A program made the position numbers and the translations under genes. Positions 1 through 10,352 of a stretch of 64,000 nucleotides of DNA are shown here, piece by piece. Every line of letters starts with the position of its first letter. Positions within the stretch are counted from its first letter, which is position 1. Source of the DNA: Candidatus Multivoradales bacterium (GTDB lineage: Bacteria; Acidobacteriota; Thermoanaerobaculia; Multivoradales; JAHEKO01); the NCBI GenBank assembly GCA_965223855.1, contig CBDCXM010000009.1, positions 2,176,001-2,240,000 of the forward strand. The letters are read 5' to 3'. The notes below the pieces were generated by a model. It was given only the letters and a program-made list of their open reading frames with translations. It was not told the origin of the DNA and made no database searches.

Positions 1-1776
1 GACCACCGAGATCTCGCCGCTGAACTCGTCTCGTACCGCTACCGCCACCTCCCACTCGCGACCTCGCGGCAGGGGCAGGCGCACCACGTAGTGGAAGTCC
101 TCGCGCTCGTCGCCGGCCTCCACGGTCACCGTCAGTTGCTTGTGACCGATCGGCAGGGTGGCGCCATAGTCGTTGCGGGCGCCCACGAACACCGAAAGAA
201 GCCCCTGCCGGCCTTCTCCGGAACCGATCAGCTCGATCCGCCGCAGGGGGACTCTCAACTCTGCGTCGACCTGGGCGGTCCTGCGGTCGCCTCCCGCGCT
301 CTCTGCAGTCTCGAGACGGACGCGATGCGGATTGCTCTGCTGCCGATGGTAGAGAGCGGCAAGCACGGTCGCGGCGCCGGTCTCGTCCCTCGTCGTGGCG
401 GTGTAGCTGCGCCGGTAGAAGAGGCGGACTCCAGGCCGATCGACCTCCAGTCGCAGGGAGTGAGCGCCCGACACCGACTGAGGCGGGTAGAAGCCGACCT
501 CGTAGCGAGCCGAGCGGTCCTCGAGGAAACGGGTGAAGCCTCGGCGGAAGTCGTTGGTGTCGAACGTGGCCCGGCCGCCGGTCTCGTCGGCCAGCAGAAA
601 GAGCGGATCCTGGTCGTTGGTACGAGTTCCACTGAGAGTCGCTCCCGTCATCCGAGCCCCGTCGACGTCGGAGGCGGTCACCGCCGCGAGTCCCGAGGCC
701 TGCACCGTGTAGAGGGTGACCCGATGAGTATTCGCCATCGCGGCGACCTGCGACCAGAGTGGGGCGGTACTGAGCTCCTGAAGCGCGAGGCGCGCCGCCG
801 AGGGATAGAAGCGCGCTGGCGGACAGCAGGCGAGGATCGAGGAGGTGCCGATCCCCTGGGAGACGGCCGAACCGTCGCACAGCGAGATCAGGTGTTCGAG
901 CCCGTCCTGCCCTGCGATGAGAGGTATCCCGTCGCTGACGTGGAGCAGGGTCTTGGCGCCCGGGTAGGCGGCGAGCGACTTCATGAACTCCTCGAGGGCG
1001 AGTGCCGTCGCCTCGACCCGGCCTCGTTCCTGCTCCGCGAAAGCCCGTGCGTAGCTGCCGACCGTGTTGCACGCCTGCTCCCTCACCTCGGCCGTGCCGG
1101 TGGTCGAACGTCTGAGCAGGATCTCGAGCTCGGTGGCGAGCGTCTGCTCGATGTCGCGCGCGAAGTCGCGCCGCTCCCGGTGGATGCTCAACCTCTGCGA
1201 GCCGAAGAGGTACTCGGCCGCCAGAACCTGCGCCAGCTTCTTACGATCGCGGGTGGGCGGCAGCCGCACGTTGAGCACGCCGTCGAAGGTGACGACCATG
1301 ACTTCGGCCCGCGGGTCGAGCCGCTCCGCGAAAACCGCCTCCAGCTGTTCGACCGCGCGACCGCGGCTCGACGGCAGGAGGCGGAGCTGATCGAGGAAGA
1401 CGATGAGCAGCCCTTCGTTTCGAGTGACGGCGCTCGGGCCGGAGGATTCCCTGGCAGCGTCTGCCCCCCGAGCCCCGGTCGGCCTTCCCGAAGGCGGGGA
1501 GAAGTGGTCGATCGTCGCCGGCTCGCCATCGTGGAACAGTCGGAACTCGGATGGCTCGAGGTCGGTCACGACGCCTCCCGACCGATCGACGGCCAGCACG
1601 TCGAGGACGACCAGATCGACGGCCACCTCCTGGGAGAAGCGCCGCTGGGTCGGTTCGACGACGACCCCGGAAGGCGCCTGCGCAAACGGGTTCCTTGCCT
1701 CGTCGTTCTCCTGAGCGAGGGCGACGGTCAGGCTCGACGCGATCAGGGCGCCGGCCGTGATGGGGAGCAGCTTCAT
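1..1776 (-). CDS. Secreted VWA-domain protein, acidobacterial VWFA type (3' end runs off the window)
   Basis: Absent from the ORF track because no stop lies in the window. Manual translation from ATG 1776 gives signal peptide MKLLPITAGALIASSLTVALA, then VDLVVLDVLAVDRSGGVVTDLEPSEFRLFHDG, LIVFLD, KTLLHVSDG, LADETGG and YEVGFYP, typical of this family. The + ORF 91..2157 is its antisense shadow. Confidence 0.85.
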   Translation of the reverse strand, partial: MKLLPITAGALIASSLTVALAQENDEARNPFAQAPSGVVVEPTQRRFSQEVAVDLVVLDVLAVDRSGGVVTDLEPSEFRLFHDGEPATIDHFSPPSGRPTGARGADAARESSGPSAVTRNEGLLIVFLDQLRLLPSSRGRAVEQLEAVFAERLDPRAEVMVVTFDGVLNVRLPPTRDRKKLAQVLAAEYLFGSQRLSIHRERRDFARDIEQTLATELEILLRRSTTGTAEVREQACNTVGSYARAFAEQERGRVEATALALEEFMKSLAAYPGAKTLLHVSDGIPLIAGQDGLEHLISLCDGSAVSQGIGTSSILACCPPARFYPSAARLALQELSTAPLWSQVAAMANTHRVTLYTVQASGLAAVTASDVDGARMTGATLSGTRTNDQDPLFLLADETGGRATFDTNDFRRGFTRFLEDRSARYEVGFYPPQSVSGAHSLRLEVDRPGVRLFYRRSYTATTRDETGAATVLAALYHRQQSNPHRVRLETAESAGGDRRTAQVDAELRVPLRRIELIGSGEGRQGLLSVFVGARNDYGATLPIGHKQLTVTVEAGDEREDFHYVVRLPLPRGREWEVAVAVRDEFSGEISVV

Positions 1777-1870
1777 GGGATCCGAAGGGCGGAACCGAGT
1801 CGACCGGGGGCAAATTCCTACCGTCGAGCTCGCCCGCGTCGGCAGGGAGAGCGGCGGATAGAATCACATC

Positions 1871-2935
1871 ATGGCCGAACCGATGCGTCCCATCGAGATC
1901 GCGAAGGCGCTGAGCCGCCGGGTCGTCGGGCAGGAGGAGGCGATCAAGGAGTTGTCGATCGCGCTGGCGAAGAAGCTTCAGGGTCTCGCCACCGGCAACG
2001 TCCTGATGATCGGCTCGTCGGGTACCGGCAAGACGACGATGATGCGCGCGGTCGAGGCGTGGCTCGCCGAGCGGGACGATCCGGATCAGGATTGGCCGCT
2101 CGTGCGCGTCCACGCCAACGTGCTGGCGGAGGAGGCGTCGAAGGACCGGCCCGGTGAGGCTGTGCTCCTGAGGCTACTCGCCAGAGCGCGGGAGACGAGC
2201 GGCGACGCGACGGTCGAGCAACTGCTGGAGAAATGCGGCAACGGTCTCGTCTTCGTCGACGAGATCGACAAGATCCGCAGCCATGTCGGCGGGCAGCCCA
2301 ACACGGCCGGCATCCGGGCGCAGGAGGCGCTGCTGACCCTGATCGAGAACGAGGCGGTGCCGTTCGAGCTGCCTTCCTGGGCCGGCGGCGTGCCGGTGAC
2401 GATCGACGCCTCCCACATCCTCTTCATCGCCGGCGGCGCCTTCGAGGGCCTTTACGACTCGGTCTACGACCGGGTGACGGTAGGAGACGACCGCGGATCG
2501 CTTCAGGCGATGAGTGTCTTCGACTCGGCCGGTGCGGTGCAGCAGGAGATGCAGTTCTCGCTGCGCGAGTGGCTGCGCTACGAGGACCTCTTCGACTACG
2601 GCCTCACACCGCAGTTCCTGGCGCGTTTCGATTCCGTCGTCCTGCTCGATGACCTGAGCGAGGACGCCCTGGTCAGGATCTTCCTCGAGAACCCCGACTC
2701 GGGGCTCGCCGAGGCGCGTGCCTACTTCGAGGCTCAGGGGACCGACCTCGCGATCTCACCGGCGGCGGTGAGGCGGATCGCTCAGGAGGCGAGACGCCAG
2801 CCCCGCCTGGGTGCGCGGGCGCTGAAAGAGGTCTTCCGCCGTGTGATGCGTGACGTCGAGTTCGACCCGAAAGGCAACGTGGGCGGTGCGCTGATGATCG
2901 ACCTGCCGGAGGTCGAGGCGGCGCTGGCCGACTAG
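1871..2935 (+). CDS. ClpX-like AAA+ ATPase (divergent paralog without N-terminal zinc-binding domain)
   Basis: VVGQEEAIKELSIA, Walker A GSSGTGKT, Walker B VFVDEIDKI, AQEALLTLIE, FIAGGAFEGL, DLFDYGLTPQFLARF, sensor-2 LGARAL. Confidence 0.85.
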   Translation: MAEPMRPIEIAKALSRRVVGQEEAIKELSIALAKKLQGLATGNVLMIGSSGTGKTTMMRAVEAWLAERDDPDQDWPLVRVHANVLAEEASKDRPGEAVLLRLLARARETSGDATVEQLLEKCGNGLVFVDEIDKIRSHVGGQPNTAGIRAQEALLTLIENEAVPFELPSWAGGVPVTIDASHILFIAGGAFEGLYDSVYDRVTVGDDRGSLQAMSVFDSAGAVQQEMQFSLREWLRYEDLFDYGLTPQFLARFDSVVLLDDLSEDALVRIFLENPDSGLAEARAYFEAQGTDLAISPAAVRRIAQEARRQPRLGARALKEVFRRVMRDVEFDPKGNVGGALMIDLPEVEAALAD

Positions 2936-3600
2936 CCCGTCGGTTTCCGGAGCCGCTTGACGAGGGCGGGAAGGAGACTGAGGAACAGCAGGGCGAAGAC
3001 GGCCAGCGCCCCGTTGCGCAGGAGTACCGCCACGTCGGCACCGGCGCTCTCGGCCAGCAGGTGGCCGACGTAGGTGTAGACGAGGATCGGTGGGGTCAGG
3101 CCGATGAGCGACGACAGCACGAACGGCCCCAGCTTCATCCCGGACAGCCCTCCGGCGAAGTTGACGGCGACGAGCGGCAGCATCCACCGGGCGCGGATCA
3201 TCGCGAAAATGCCGTGATCCGCCACCAGGCGGTCGAGGCGCTTCTCACGCTCGGGTCCGATCCAGCGGCCGATCATCTCGCGGCCGAGCCCGCGCGAGAG
3301 GACATAGCCGGCGCAAGCGCCGAGCAGGCAGCCGGCGACGTTGAGGACCGACCCCGGGAGCCAGCCGAAGATGGCCCCGCCGGAGAGCACCACCGGTGTG
3401 ACGGGCAGCGGCAGGCAGCCGATGGCGAAGCAGAGGCCGAGAAGGGCGAACGGTGTCCACCACTGGCCTCGCAGCACCGCGATGATCTCTCCCGGCGAGG
3501 AGCCGGCAAGCCACTCGACGAGGCCGAGCTTCCACGCCACGGCGATGCCGCCGCCTACGATCGCGATCAGGAGGACGAACTTGAGCGCCGGCGACCGCAA
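2932..3600 (-). CDS. TVP38/TMEM64 (VTT/DedA-superfamily) membrane protein
   Basis: Multiple hydrophobic helices; LPLPVTPVVLSGGAIFGWLPGSVL, GYVLSRGLGR, NFAGGLSGMKLGPF motifs. TTG start at 3600 chosen from an upstream GGAG. Confidence 0.8.
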   Translation of the reverse strand: MRSPALKFVLLIAIVGGGIAVAWKLGLVEWLAGSSPGEIIAVLRGQWWTPFALLGLCFAIGCLPLPVTPVVLSGGAIFGWLPGSVLNVAGCLLGACAGYVLSRGLGREMIGRWIGPEREKRLDRLVADHGIFAMIRARWMLPLVAVNFAGGLSGMKLGPFVLSSLIGLTPPILVYTYVGHLLAESAGADVAVLLRNGALAVFALLFLSLLPALVKRLRKPTG

Positions 3601-3605
3601 CCCGG

Positions 3606-3932
3606 CTACTCCGACTCGTCGGAGCCGGCGCCGGGGTTGCTCAGGTTGACGTCCGGCGGCAGGGTCGACAGCCCGGCCGCCGGCTGTTCGCCGTCCGCGC
3701 CGTCGAGGGCGAAGAACTCGCGCATCTGGCCGACCAGTACCGGCAGCGCCCGCGGGTCCATGAAGTTGAGCTTGAGCTCGTTGATCACCATGACTTCGGC
3801 GCGCTGCCATTCGTTCCAGCAGTCGACGCAGACGCGTTCGCGAACCTCCGCCTCGAGCTCGGGCGTATAGAAGATGCCCGATCCGATCGCCCCCGCCTCA
3901 CGCCGGCAGCGGGAGCACTCGACGGTCGCCAT
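3606..3932 (-). CDS. YggX-like Fe(II)-trafficking / oxidative damage protection protein
   Basis: MATVECSRC...VCVDCWNEWQRAEVMVINELKLNFMDPRA...QMREFF matches the YggX pattern (W..W...Q.MLINE..L). Confidence 0.8.
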   Translation of the reverse strand: MATVECSRCRREAGAIGSGIFYTPELEAEVRERVCVDCWNEWQRAEVMVINELKLNFMDPRALPVLVGQMREFFALDGADGEQPAAGLSTLPPDVNLSNPGAGSDESE

Positions 3933-4879
3933 CAGTCGGCCTCGGTCGCGAGCAGTTCGCGGAAGTAGTCGATCGTCGCCGCGAGCCCGTCCTCGAGCTC
4001 GACCTGCGGGCCCCAACCGAGTACCTCGGACGCCTTGGTGATGTCGGGTTGGCGGATCTTCGGATCGTCGACCGGCAGATCCTTGTAGACGATCTCGCTC
4101 GCACTGCCGGTGATGGCGAGGATCTTCTCGGCGAACTCGAGCACGCTCATCTCGCGCGGGTTGCCGATGTTGGTCGGCTCGACCTCGTCCGAGAGCAACA
4201 GCCGGTAGATGCCGTCGACCAGGTCGGAGACATAGCAGAAGGAACGGGTCTGGCTGCCATCGCCGAAGACGGTCAGCGGCTCGCCCTTGAGTGCCTGATC
4301 GATGAACGCCGGGACGACGCGGCCGTCGCGCGGCCGCATCCGCGGGCCGTAGGTGTTGAAGATCCGGACGATCCGCGTCTCGACACCGTGGTAGCGGTGG
4401 TAGGCCATGGCGATCGCCTCGGCGAAGCGCTTCGCCTCGTCGTAGACCCCCCGAGGACCGACCGGGTTGACGTTGCCCCAGTAGCTCTCCGGTTGCGGAT
4501 GGATGAGCGGGTCACCGTAGACCTCGGAGGTCGAGGCGAGCAGGTAGCGCGCCCCCTTCGCCTTGGCCAGGCCGAGAGTGTTGTGCGTGCCCAGAGATCC
4601 GACCTTGAGCGTCTGGATCGGCAGTTCGAGATAGTCGATCGGGCTCGCCGGCGAGGCGAAGTGAAGGACGTTGTCGACCTCGTCGTCGAGATAAAGCGGC
4701 TTCGAGATGTCGTGCTCGAGGAACGAGTAGTCGTCGCGTTCCCGCAGGTGTGCGATGTTGGCGAGGTTGCCGGTGATGAGGTTGTCGACACAGATCACCC
4801 GGTGCCCCTCGGCGAGGAGGCGATCGGACAGATGCGAGCCGAGAAAGCCGGCGCCGCCGGTGACGACGGTAGTGGTCAT
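3932..4879 (-). CDS. UDP-glucuronate decarboxylase (UDP-xylose synthase) family SDR
   Basis: [63 protein letters not shown]. Confidence 0.9.
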   Translation of the reverse strand: MTTTVVTGGAGFLGSHLSDRLLAEGHRVICVDNLITGNLANIAHLRERDDYSFLEHDISKPLYLDDEVDNVLHFASPASPIDYLELPIQTLKVGSLGTHNTLGLAKAKGARYLLASTSEVYGDPLIHPQPESYWGNVNPVGPRGVYDEAKRFAEAIAMAYHRYHGVETRIVRIFNTYGPRMRPRDGRVVPAFIDQALKGEPLTVFGDGSQTRSFCYVSDLVDGIYRLLLSDEVEPTNIGNPREMSVLEFAEKILAITGSASEIVYKDLPVDDPKIRQPDITKASEVLGWGPQVELEDGLAATIDYFRELLATEAD

Positions 4880-6204
4880 GCGTCGTCTCCCTTTCGCGGG
4901 GCGCCGTCCGGCCGCCCTAGCGAGACGTAGCGGAAGCCGGCGGCACCCATCTTGCCGGGCTCGTAGATGTTGCGCAGATCGACGATCAACGGAGCGCTCA
5001 GGAGCTTCTTCAGTCGATCGGTGTCGAGAAACCGGAAGCGGTTCCACTCGGTGAGGATGACGACGCCGTCGGCGCCGTCGGCGGCGTCGTAGGGGCTGTC
5101 GCAGAAGACGACGTCGTCCCACAGCTCTCGGCAGGCGTCCATCGCCGCCGGGTCGAACGCGCGCACCGTGGCGCCCGACTCCCGCAGGCCGTCGACGACC
5201 GTCAGTGCGGGAGACTCGCGGATGTCGTCGGTCTCCGGCTTGAACGACAGGCCGAGGACGGCCACGGTGCGGCCGTCGAGGCCTCCGAAGGCGTCGGAGA
5301 TCTTGTCGAGCATCCGGTTACGGGTGTCGTCGTTCGCTTCGATCACCGCGTCCATGATCTTGAAACGCAGTCCATGGTCGCGGGCGATCTGCGCCACCGC
5401 ACGCGAGTCCTTGGGGAAGCACGAGCCGCCGTAGCCGGGACCGGGATGCAGGAACTTGGGGCCGATCCGGTTGTCGAGCCCCATGCCGCGAGCGACCGTC
5501 TCGACGTCGGCGCCGAGGCGCTCGCACAGGTGCGCGATCTCGTTGATGAACGTGATCTTGGCGGCGAGGAAGCCGTTCGAGGCGTACTTGATGAGCTCTG
5601 CGCTCTCGACGTCGGTGACGACGAACGGGACGTCGGCGACCCGCAGTGGAGAGTAGACCTCGAGCATGATGTCGATCGCCCGCGGATCGCGGCTGCCGAT
5701 CACGACGCGATCGGGGTTCATGAAGTCTTCGATCGCCGAGCCCTCGCGCAGGAACTCGGGGTTGCTCACAACGGCGAAGTTGTCGCCGCCACTCGTCTCG
5801 CGGGCGATCTCCTCGACCATCTGCCCGGTGCCGACCGGGACGGTGCTCTTGGTGACGATCACTTTGTAGCCGTTGAGGTGGTTGCCGATCGATTCGGCGA
5901 CCTGCCGGATGTACTTGAGGTCGGCCGAGCCGTCGGGCCGCGGCGGCGTGCCGACGGCGATGAAGACGACGGTCGCCGCTTCGAGCGCCGGGCCGAGCTC
6001 GGTGGTGAACGAGAGTCGGCCCTGCTCGGCGTTCTTGCGGACGAGTTCGTCGAGACCCGGCTCGTAGATGGGGATCTCTCCCCGCCGGAGGGCGGCGACC
6101 TTGTCGGCATCGACGTCGACACCGGTCACGTGCATGCCGAAATCGGCGAGGCAAGCCCCGGTGACGAGGCCGACATAGCCGCTGCCGACTACGCAGACGT
6201 TCAT
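4876..6204 (-). CDS. ugd: UDP-glucose 6-dehydrogenase
   Basis: [49 protein letters not shown]. Confidence 0.93.
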   Translation of the reverse strand: MNVCVVGSGYVGLVTGACLADFGMHVTGVDVDADKVAALRRGEIPIYEPGLDELVRKNAEQGRLSFTTELGPALEAATVVFIAVGTPPRPDGSADLKYIRQVAESIGNHLNGYKVIVTKSTVPVGTGQMVEEIARETSGGDNFAVVSNPEFLREGSAIEDFMNPDRVVIGSRDPRAIDIMLEVYSPLRVADVPFVVTDVESAELIKYASNGFLAAKITFINEIAHLCERLGADVETVARGMGLDNRIGPKFLHPGPGYGGSCFPKDSRAVAQIARDHGLRFKIMDAVIEANDDTRNRMLDKISDAFGGLDGRTVAVLGLSFKPETDDIRESPALTVVDGLRESGATVRAFDPAAMDACRELWDDVVFCDSPYDAADGADGVVILTEWNRFRFLDTDRLKKLLSAPLIVDLRNIYEPGKMGAAGFRYVSLGRPDGAPRKGDDA

Positions 6205-6208
6205 GGAT

Positions 6209-7171
6209 TCAACCTATCGAAGGAGGGTGGTGTCGGTACCAGTCGACGAAGCGCCGTAGGCCTTCGCGAATCGGTACCTTGGGGGAGTAGTCGAGGAGGA
6301 GGCCCGCCTTTGTGACGTCCGCGTAGGTGATGGGGACGTCGCCGGGCTGGTCGGGAAGATACTCGATGCTCGGTTCCACTTCAAGCGCCTCGGCGAGGTG
6401 CCGGACGAGGTCGCCCAGCGAGGTCGTCTCCGCCCCTCCGAGGTTGAAGATCTCGAAGCCGAACTCGGCGTCGAGCGAGGCAACGATTCCGTCGACGATG
6501 TCCGAGATGAAGGTGTAGTCACGCCGGCTCGAGCCGTCGCCGTAGAGCGGAATCGTCTCGCCGCGCGCCAGCAGATCGGTGAACTTGTGGATCGCCATCT
6601 CCGGCCGCTGTGCGGGCCCGTAGACGGTGAAGAAGCGCAGGCACGAGGTCTTGAGCCCGTAGAGGTGGTGGTAGTTGTAGCAGAGCAGCTCGCCGGCCCG
6701 CTTGGTCGTGGCGTAGGGGCTGATCGGCTGGTTGACCTCGTCGCTCTCCGCGAACGGCACCTTCTCGTTGATGCCGTAGACCGACGACGACGAGCCGAAG
6801 ATGAACACGTCCGGCCCGTGGTGTCGCGCCGCTTCGAGCAGGTGCAACGTGCCGATGCAGTTGACCTCTTCGTAGAGGATCGGCTGGGCGAGGCTCGGTC
6901 GGACGCCCGCTCGCGCGGCGAGGTGGATCACTCCGTCGAAGCGCCCGTCCCGGAAAAGCCGATCCACCAGTTCGGCGTCGCGGATGTCGCCCTCGACCAG
7001 TCGGTAGTCGTCGCGCTCGAGGAACGGTTCGACGTTCGCACGCTTGCGCGCCGGGTCGTAGTAGTCGTTGAAGTCGTCGAGCACCGTCACCGTGTCGCCG
7101 CGATCGAGCAGCCTGCGGGTCAGGTGCGAGCCGATGAAGCCGGCGCCGCCGGTAACGAGATGGTGAGCCAT
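6209..7171 (-). CDS. NAD-dependent epimerase, UDP-glucuronate 4-epimerase-like
   Basis: TGGAGFIGSH, HLAARAGVRPS, SSSSVYG, PISPYATTK, LRFFTVYGP, QPGDVPITYAD. Confidence 0.88.
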   Translation of the reverse strand: MAHHLVTGGAGFIGSHLTRRLLDRGDTVTVLDDFNDYYDPARKRANVEPFLERDDYRLVEGDIRDAELVDRLFRDGRFDGVIHLAARAGVRPSLAQPILYEEVNCIGTLHLLEAARHHGPDVFIFGSSSSVYGINEKVPFAESDEVNQPISPYATTKRAGELLCYNYHHLYGLKTSCLRFFTVYGPAQRPEMAIHKFTDLLARGETIPLYGDGSSRRDYTFISDIVDGIVASLDAEFGFEIFNLGGAETTSLGDLVRHLAEALEVEPSIEYLPDQPGDVPITYADVTKAGLLLDYSPKVPIREGLRRFVDWYRHHPPSIG

Positions 7172-7192
7172 GATGGGGTAGGCGGAATCGCC

Positions 7193-8362
7193 TCAGGGGC
7201 GCGGACCGCTCGTTTCTTCCAGCGCTTCCTCCAGCGCCTCTTCCTGTGCCGCCTCTTCGACGGCCTCGTCGTAGCGAACCTCGATCCCCTTCTTCTGGCG
7301 ATTGCGGATCAGCCAGCGCAGCAACCGCGACTCGTCGATGCCGACGAGGATGTCCTGGAGCGCCAGGTAGATCTCCGGGTCGTTGATCAGCTGGGCGGCC
7401 GTGCCGTCGCCCTCCTCGAGCTTGCCGGCGATACGCGACAGCCTGTCGAGGAGCGATTCGAGGTCGCGGGTGACCTCGGTGCCGAACTGCTCGTCGTTCA
7501 GCAGCCGCGGCAGCAGACCGTCCCCCTCCTTGAGGGTCCGGGTGAGGTCGGCGAACTCGCTCGAGGCCGAGGCGAGCTCACGGATCGCCCGGTCGAGGGT
7601 CTCCTTGGTCTCCGCGTCGCGCAGCAGCGCCGGCAGCGCGCCGTCGCCGCTGTCGAAGGCGTCGAGAAGCGACTCGAGGCGGCCGATCGACGCCTCCAGC
7701 CGGATTGCCAGGGTGTCGTCGTGGAGCAGCCGACCGAGAGAGCCTTCGCCGCGCTCCGCCTTGGCGGTCATCGCCTCGATCGAGTCGAGGATGCCGAGCA
7801 CCTTGTCGCGGGCGAGGTTGCCCGACTCGCTGTCCGCCGTGAGCTGGCCGAGCACTCCCTCGCCGCGCTCCATCCGGGCGAGGATCTCGCGCAGCGAAAC
7901 CGAGATGGCGACGAAGTTGTCGACCGCGTTCTCGCCCGAGGCGATCAGCTCGTCGACATCGGTCTGCTCGGCGGCTCGGATCTCTCCACCGCTGGGGATG
8001 GCGGGCGAGCCCGGCGATCCCGAAGTGAGCTGGATGTACTTGTCGCCGAGCAGGCCGAGCGTCTTGATCCTCGCTTCAGAGTCGGTGCGCACCCGGTCGG
8101 CGTAGCGGCCGTCGAGCTGGATGTGGACCGTCAGGAGCCGCTCGTCGACTTCGGTCGGGAGCTCGATGTCCTCGACGCTGCCGACGGTGACGCCGTTGAG
8201 TTGCACCGGGTTGCCCGAGGCGAGCCCCGAGACCGTCCGGAACTGGACGGTGTAGTGGGCCTTGCGCGAGAACAGCTGGTTGCTCTCGCCGATGAGGAAG
8301 GTCCCGAGCGCCAGCACCGCCAGGCCCGCGGCGATCAGCGCGCCGACCTTGAGCTCACGCAA
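7193..8362 (-). CDS. mlaD: MlaD/MCE family lipid-transport protein with long helical extension
   Basis: N-terminal TM helix; GLASGNPVQLNGVTVGSV; IKTLGLLGDKYIQL; repeated GEG(S/V)LG(R/Q)L helical units. Confidence 0.88.
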   Translation of the reverse strand: MRELKVGALIAAGLAVLALGTFLIGESNQLFSRKAHYTVQFRTVSGLASGNPVQLNGVTVGSVEDIELPTEVDERLLTVHIQLDGRYADRVRTDSEARIKTLGLLGDKYIQLTSGSPGSPAIPSGGEIRAAEQTDVDELIASGENAVDNFVAISVSLREILARMERGEGVLGQLTADSESGNLARDKVLGILDSIEAMTAKAERGEGSLGRLLHDDTLAIRLEASIGRLESLLDAFDSGDGALPALLRDAETKETLDRAIRELASASSEFADLTRTLKEGDGLLPRLLNDEQFGTEVTRDLESLLDRLSRIAGKLEEGDGTAAQLINDPEIYLALQDILVGIDESRLLRWLIRNRQKKGIEVRYDEAVEEAAQEEALEEALEETSGPRP

Positions 8363-9113
8363 CTTCGGCCTCCTCGAAGCGCCCCTCGAGGAAGCGCAGC
8401 AGCTCGTCGTCGCCAGAGCTCTCCGCTTCCTCCCAGGTGCCGAGGAACCGGAACCGCCCCTCGGCGAGAAAGCCGATCCGGTCGGCGACCGATCGGGCGA
8501 GCGGAATGTCGTGGGTGACGATCACCGACGTCGTGCCGAACCGCTCCTGGGTGCTGAGAATCAGGTGGGCGATGGCGGCCGAGGTCACCGGGTCGAGCCC
8601 CGTGGTCGGTTCGTCGTAGAGGATCACCTCCGGGTCGAGAGCCAGCGATCGGGCGAGCGCCGCCCGCTTGCGCATGCCGCCCGACAGCGCTGACGGTGGC
8701 TTGTCTTCCACGCCCCGCAGGCCGACGGAGGCGAGTTTCTCGATAGCGATCCGTCGCACTTCGTCGACGTCGAGGTCGGAATGCTCCGAGAGCGGAAAGC
8801 CGACGTTCTCACCGACCGTGAGGGAGTCGAAGAGCGCGCCTCCCTGGAAGAGCATGGCGATCCGTCGCCGCACGGGGGAGAGCTGTCTTTCGTCCAGGGT
8901 CGAGATCTCCCGGCCGTCGAAGGTCACCGTGCCGCCGTCCGGTTTCTCGAGGCCGTTGAGCTGTCGCAGCAGCACGCTCTTGCCGGTGCCGGAGCGCCCC
9001 ATGACGACCAGGCACTCGCCCCGGAGGATGTCGAAGGAGAGCCCGGCAAGCACGTGCTTGTCTCCGTAGCTCTTCGACAGGTCGCGAATCTGGAACAGCG
9101 CCGAGGCGTCCAC
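8355..9113 (-). CDS. mlaF: MlaF-type ABC transporter ATP-binding protein
   Basis: GRSGTGKS, FQGGALFDSLTV, LSGGMRKR, YDEPTTGLDP, VTHD. Confidence 0.9.
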   Translation of the reverse strand: MDASALFQIRDLSKSYGDKHVLAGLSFDILRGECLVVMGRSGTGKSVLLRQLNGLEKPDGGTVTFDGREISTLDERQLSPVRRRIAMLFQGGALFDSLTVGENVGFPLSEHSDLDVDEVRRIAIEKLASVGLRGVEDKPPSALSGGMRKRAALARSLALDPEVILYDEPTTGLDPVTSAAIAHLILSTQERFGTTSVIVTHDIPLARSVADRIGFLAEGRFRFLGTWEEAESSGDDELLRFLEGRFEEAEVA

Positions 9114-9118
9114 GGGGT

Positions 9119-9883
9119 CTAGAAGAGCGTGTAGAACAGCTTGGTGAGGAAAAAATCAGCGACGAGAACGAGGATCGAGGCCATGACCACGGTGTTGGTC
9201 GTGGCGCGACCGACGCCGTCGGCACCACCCCGGGCGTGAAGGCCATTGTAGCAGCCGATGATGGCGATGAAGTAGGCGAAGAAGAAGGACTTGCCGATGC
9301 CGCTGAAGACATCCGACAGCGTCAGCGAGCCGAGCACGTCGTTGACGAAGAAGCCGGGTGTCAGGTCGAGCTGGAAGACCGCGATTGCCAGCCCGCCGAG
9401 GATGCCGAGCAGGTCGCCCAGGATCGTCAGCGCCGGCAGCATGACGAGGCTCGCCACCAGCTTCGGCACGACCAGCTTCTTGACCGGGTCTGCCGCCATC
9501 GAGCGCAACGCGTCGATTTGCTCGGTAACCTTCATCGTGCCGAGTTCGGCGGTCATGCCGGAGCCGATCCGCCCGCCGACGATGAGCGCCGTCAGCACCG
9601 GCCCGAGCTCGCGCACCAGGGACTTCGACACCACCGTGCCGATGTAGTACTTCACCCCCAGCGACGGCAGGCTGTAGGCGGTCTGGAGCGCCAGCACCAT
9701 GCCGGTGAAGACGGTGGTGATCGCCGCCACGCCGAGCGAGCGGACCCCGATCTGCTCCATCTCGCGGATCCACGCCTTCACCTCGTAGCGCGGCTTGAGC
9801 ATCGCGCGGAAGGCGGCGGCACTCAGCAGGCCGAGGGCGCCGACGTGGCGCAGGGCTGTCTGCGCGGAGGTGATCAGGTTCAT
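9119..9883 (-). CDS. mlaE: MlaE-type ABC transporter permease
   Basis: RELGPVLTAL, GRIGSGMTAELGTMKVTEQIDALRSM, GGADGVGRATT; ATG 9883. Confidence 0.92.
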   Translation of the reverse strand: MNLITSAQTALRHVGALGLLSAAAFRAMLKPRYEVKAWIREMEQIGVRSLGVAAITTVFTGMVLALQTAYSLPSLGVKYYIGTVVSKSLVRELGPVLTALIVGGRIGSGMTAELGTMKVTEQIDALRSMAADPVKKLVVPKLVASLVMLPALTILGDLLGILGGLAIAVFQLDLTPGFFVNDVLGSLTLSDVFSGIGKSFFFAYFIAIIGCYNGLHARGGADGVGRATTNTVVMASILVLVADFFLTKLFYTLF

Positions 9884-10245
9884 CGATGGTGGAGCCGTTG
9901 AAAGACCAGTTGGCTGAGGCCGATCGCCGCCCAGACAATGTGCCGGTTGTGGAGCATGCCCTCGATGAGGCCGCTGGCCGCGGGTAGCAGGAAGGAAAGT
10001 GCGACGATCGGCACGAGCGGGCGGTAGCGGTGGAGGTCGTAGCAGGCGAGGACTTGCACGGCGCAGCGAGCTCCTGTGGCGCCGATGGCGAGACCCAAGC
10101 CGATCGGCTCGGAACCGTTCAGAAATCGCAGGTATGAGGAGAGACCGACGTCCACCAGCTGCAGGAAATCGCAAGCCGCTCCTGCGAGGAGACAGGTTCG
10201 CAACGCAATGCGAACGAACGGCACCGGCGCACTTCGAGTCGACAT
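9880..10245 (-). CDS. Hypothetical small membrane protein
   Basis: About 121 aa with 3-4 hydrophobic segments; its stop overlaps the mlaE start (ATGA), suggesting translational coupling. Confidence 0.5.
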   Translation of the reverse strand: MSTRSAPVPFVRIALRTCLLAGAACDFLQLVDVGLSSYLRFLNGSEPIGLGLAIGATGARCAVQVLACYDLHRYRPLVPIVALSFLLPAASGLIEGMLHNRHIVWAAIGLSQLVFQRLHHR

Positions 10246-10352
10246 CGAAGAGAGTCTAGCTTGTCGGGGAACCTTGGCTTTCCGGCCTCCGTGCATCCGC
10301 CGTTCCGTTGCCCTCAGTCACACCGCAGGCCTGGGTGCTGTACGATCTCTCG

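Noticed and set aside
91-2157. 688-aa plus-strand ORF, and the many other long overlapping ORFs (e.g. 6398..8518, 15605..18544, 29511..32447, 41193..43472, 45532..47622)
   Set aside because: Antisense or frame shadows of recognisable genes, expected at high GC; they contain no motifs
1-2935. AAA+ ATPase next to a VWA protein as a MoxR-VWA chaperone pair
   Set aside because: The ATPase is ClpX-type, not MoxR; the genes are divergent and the VWA protein has a signal peptide, so they would be in different compartments
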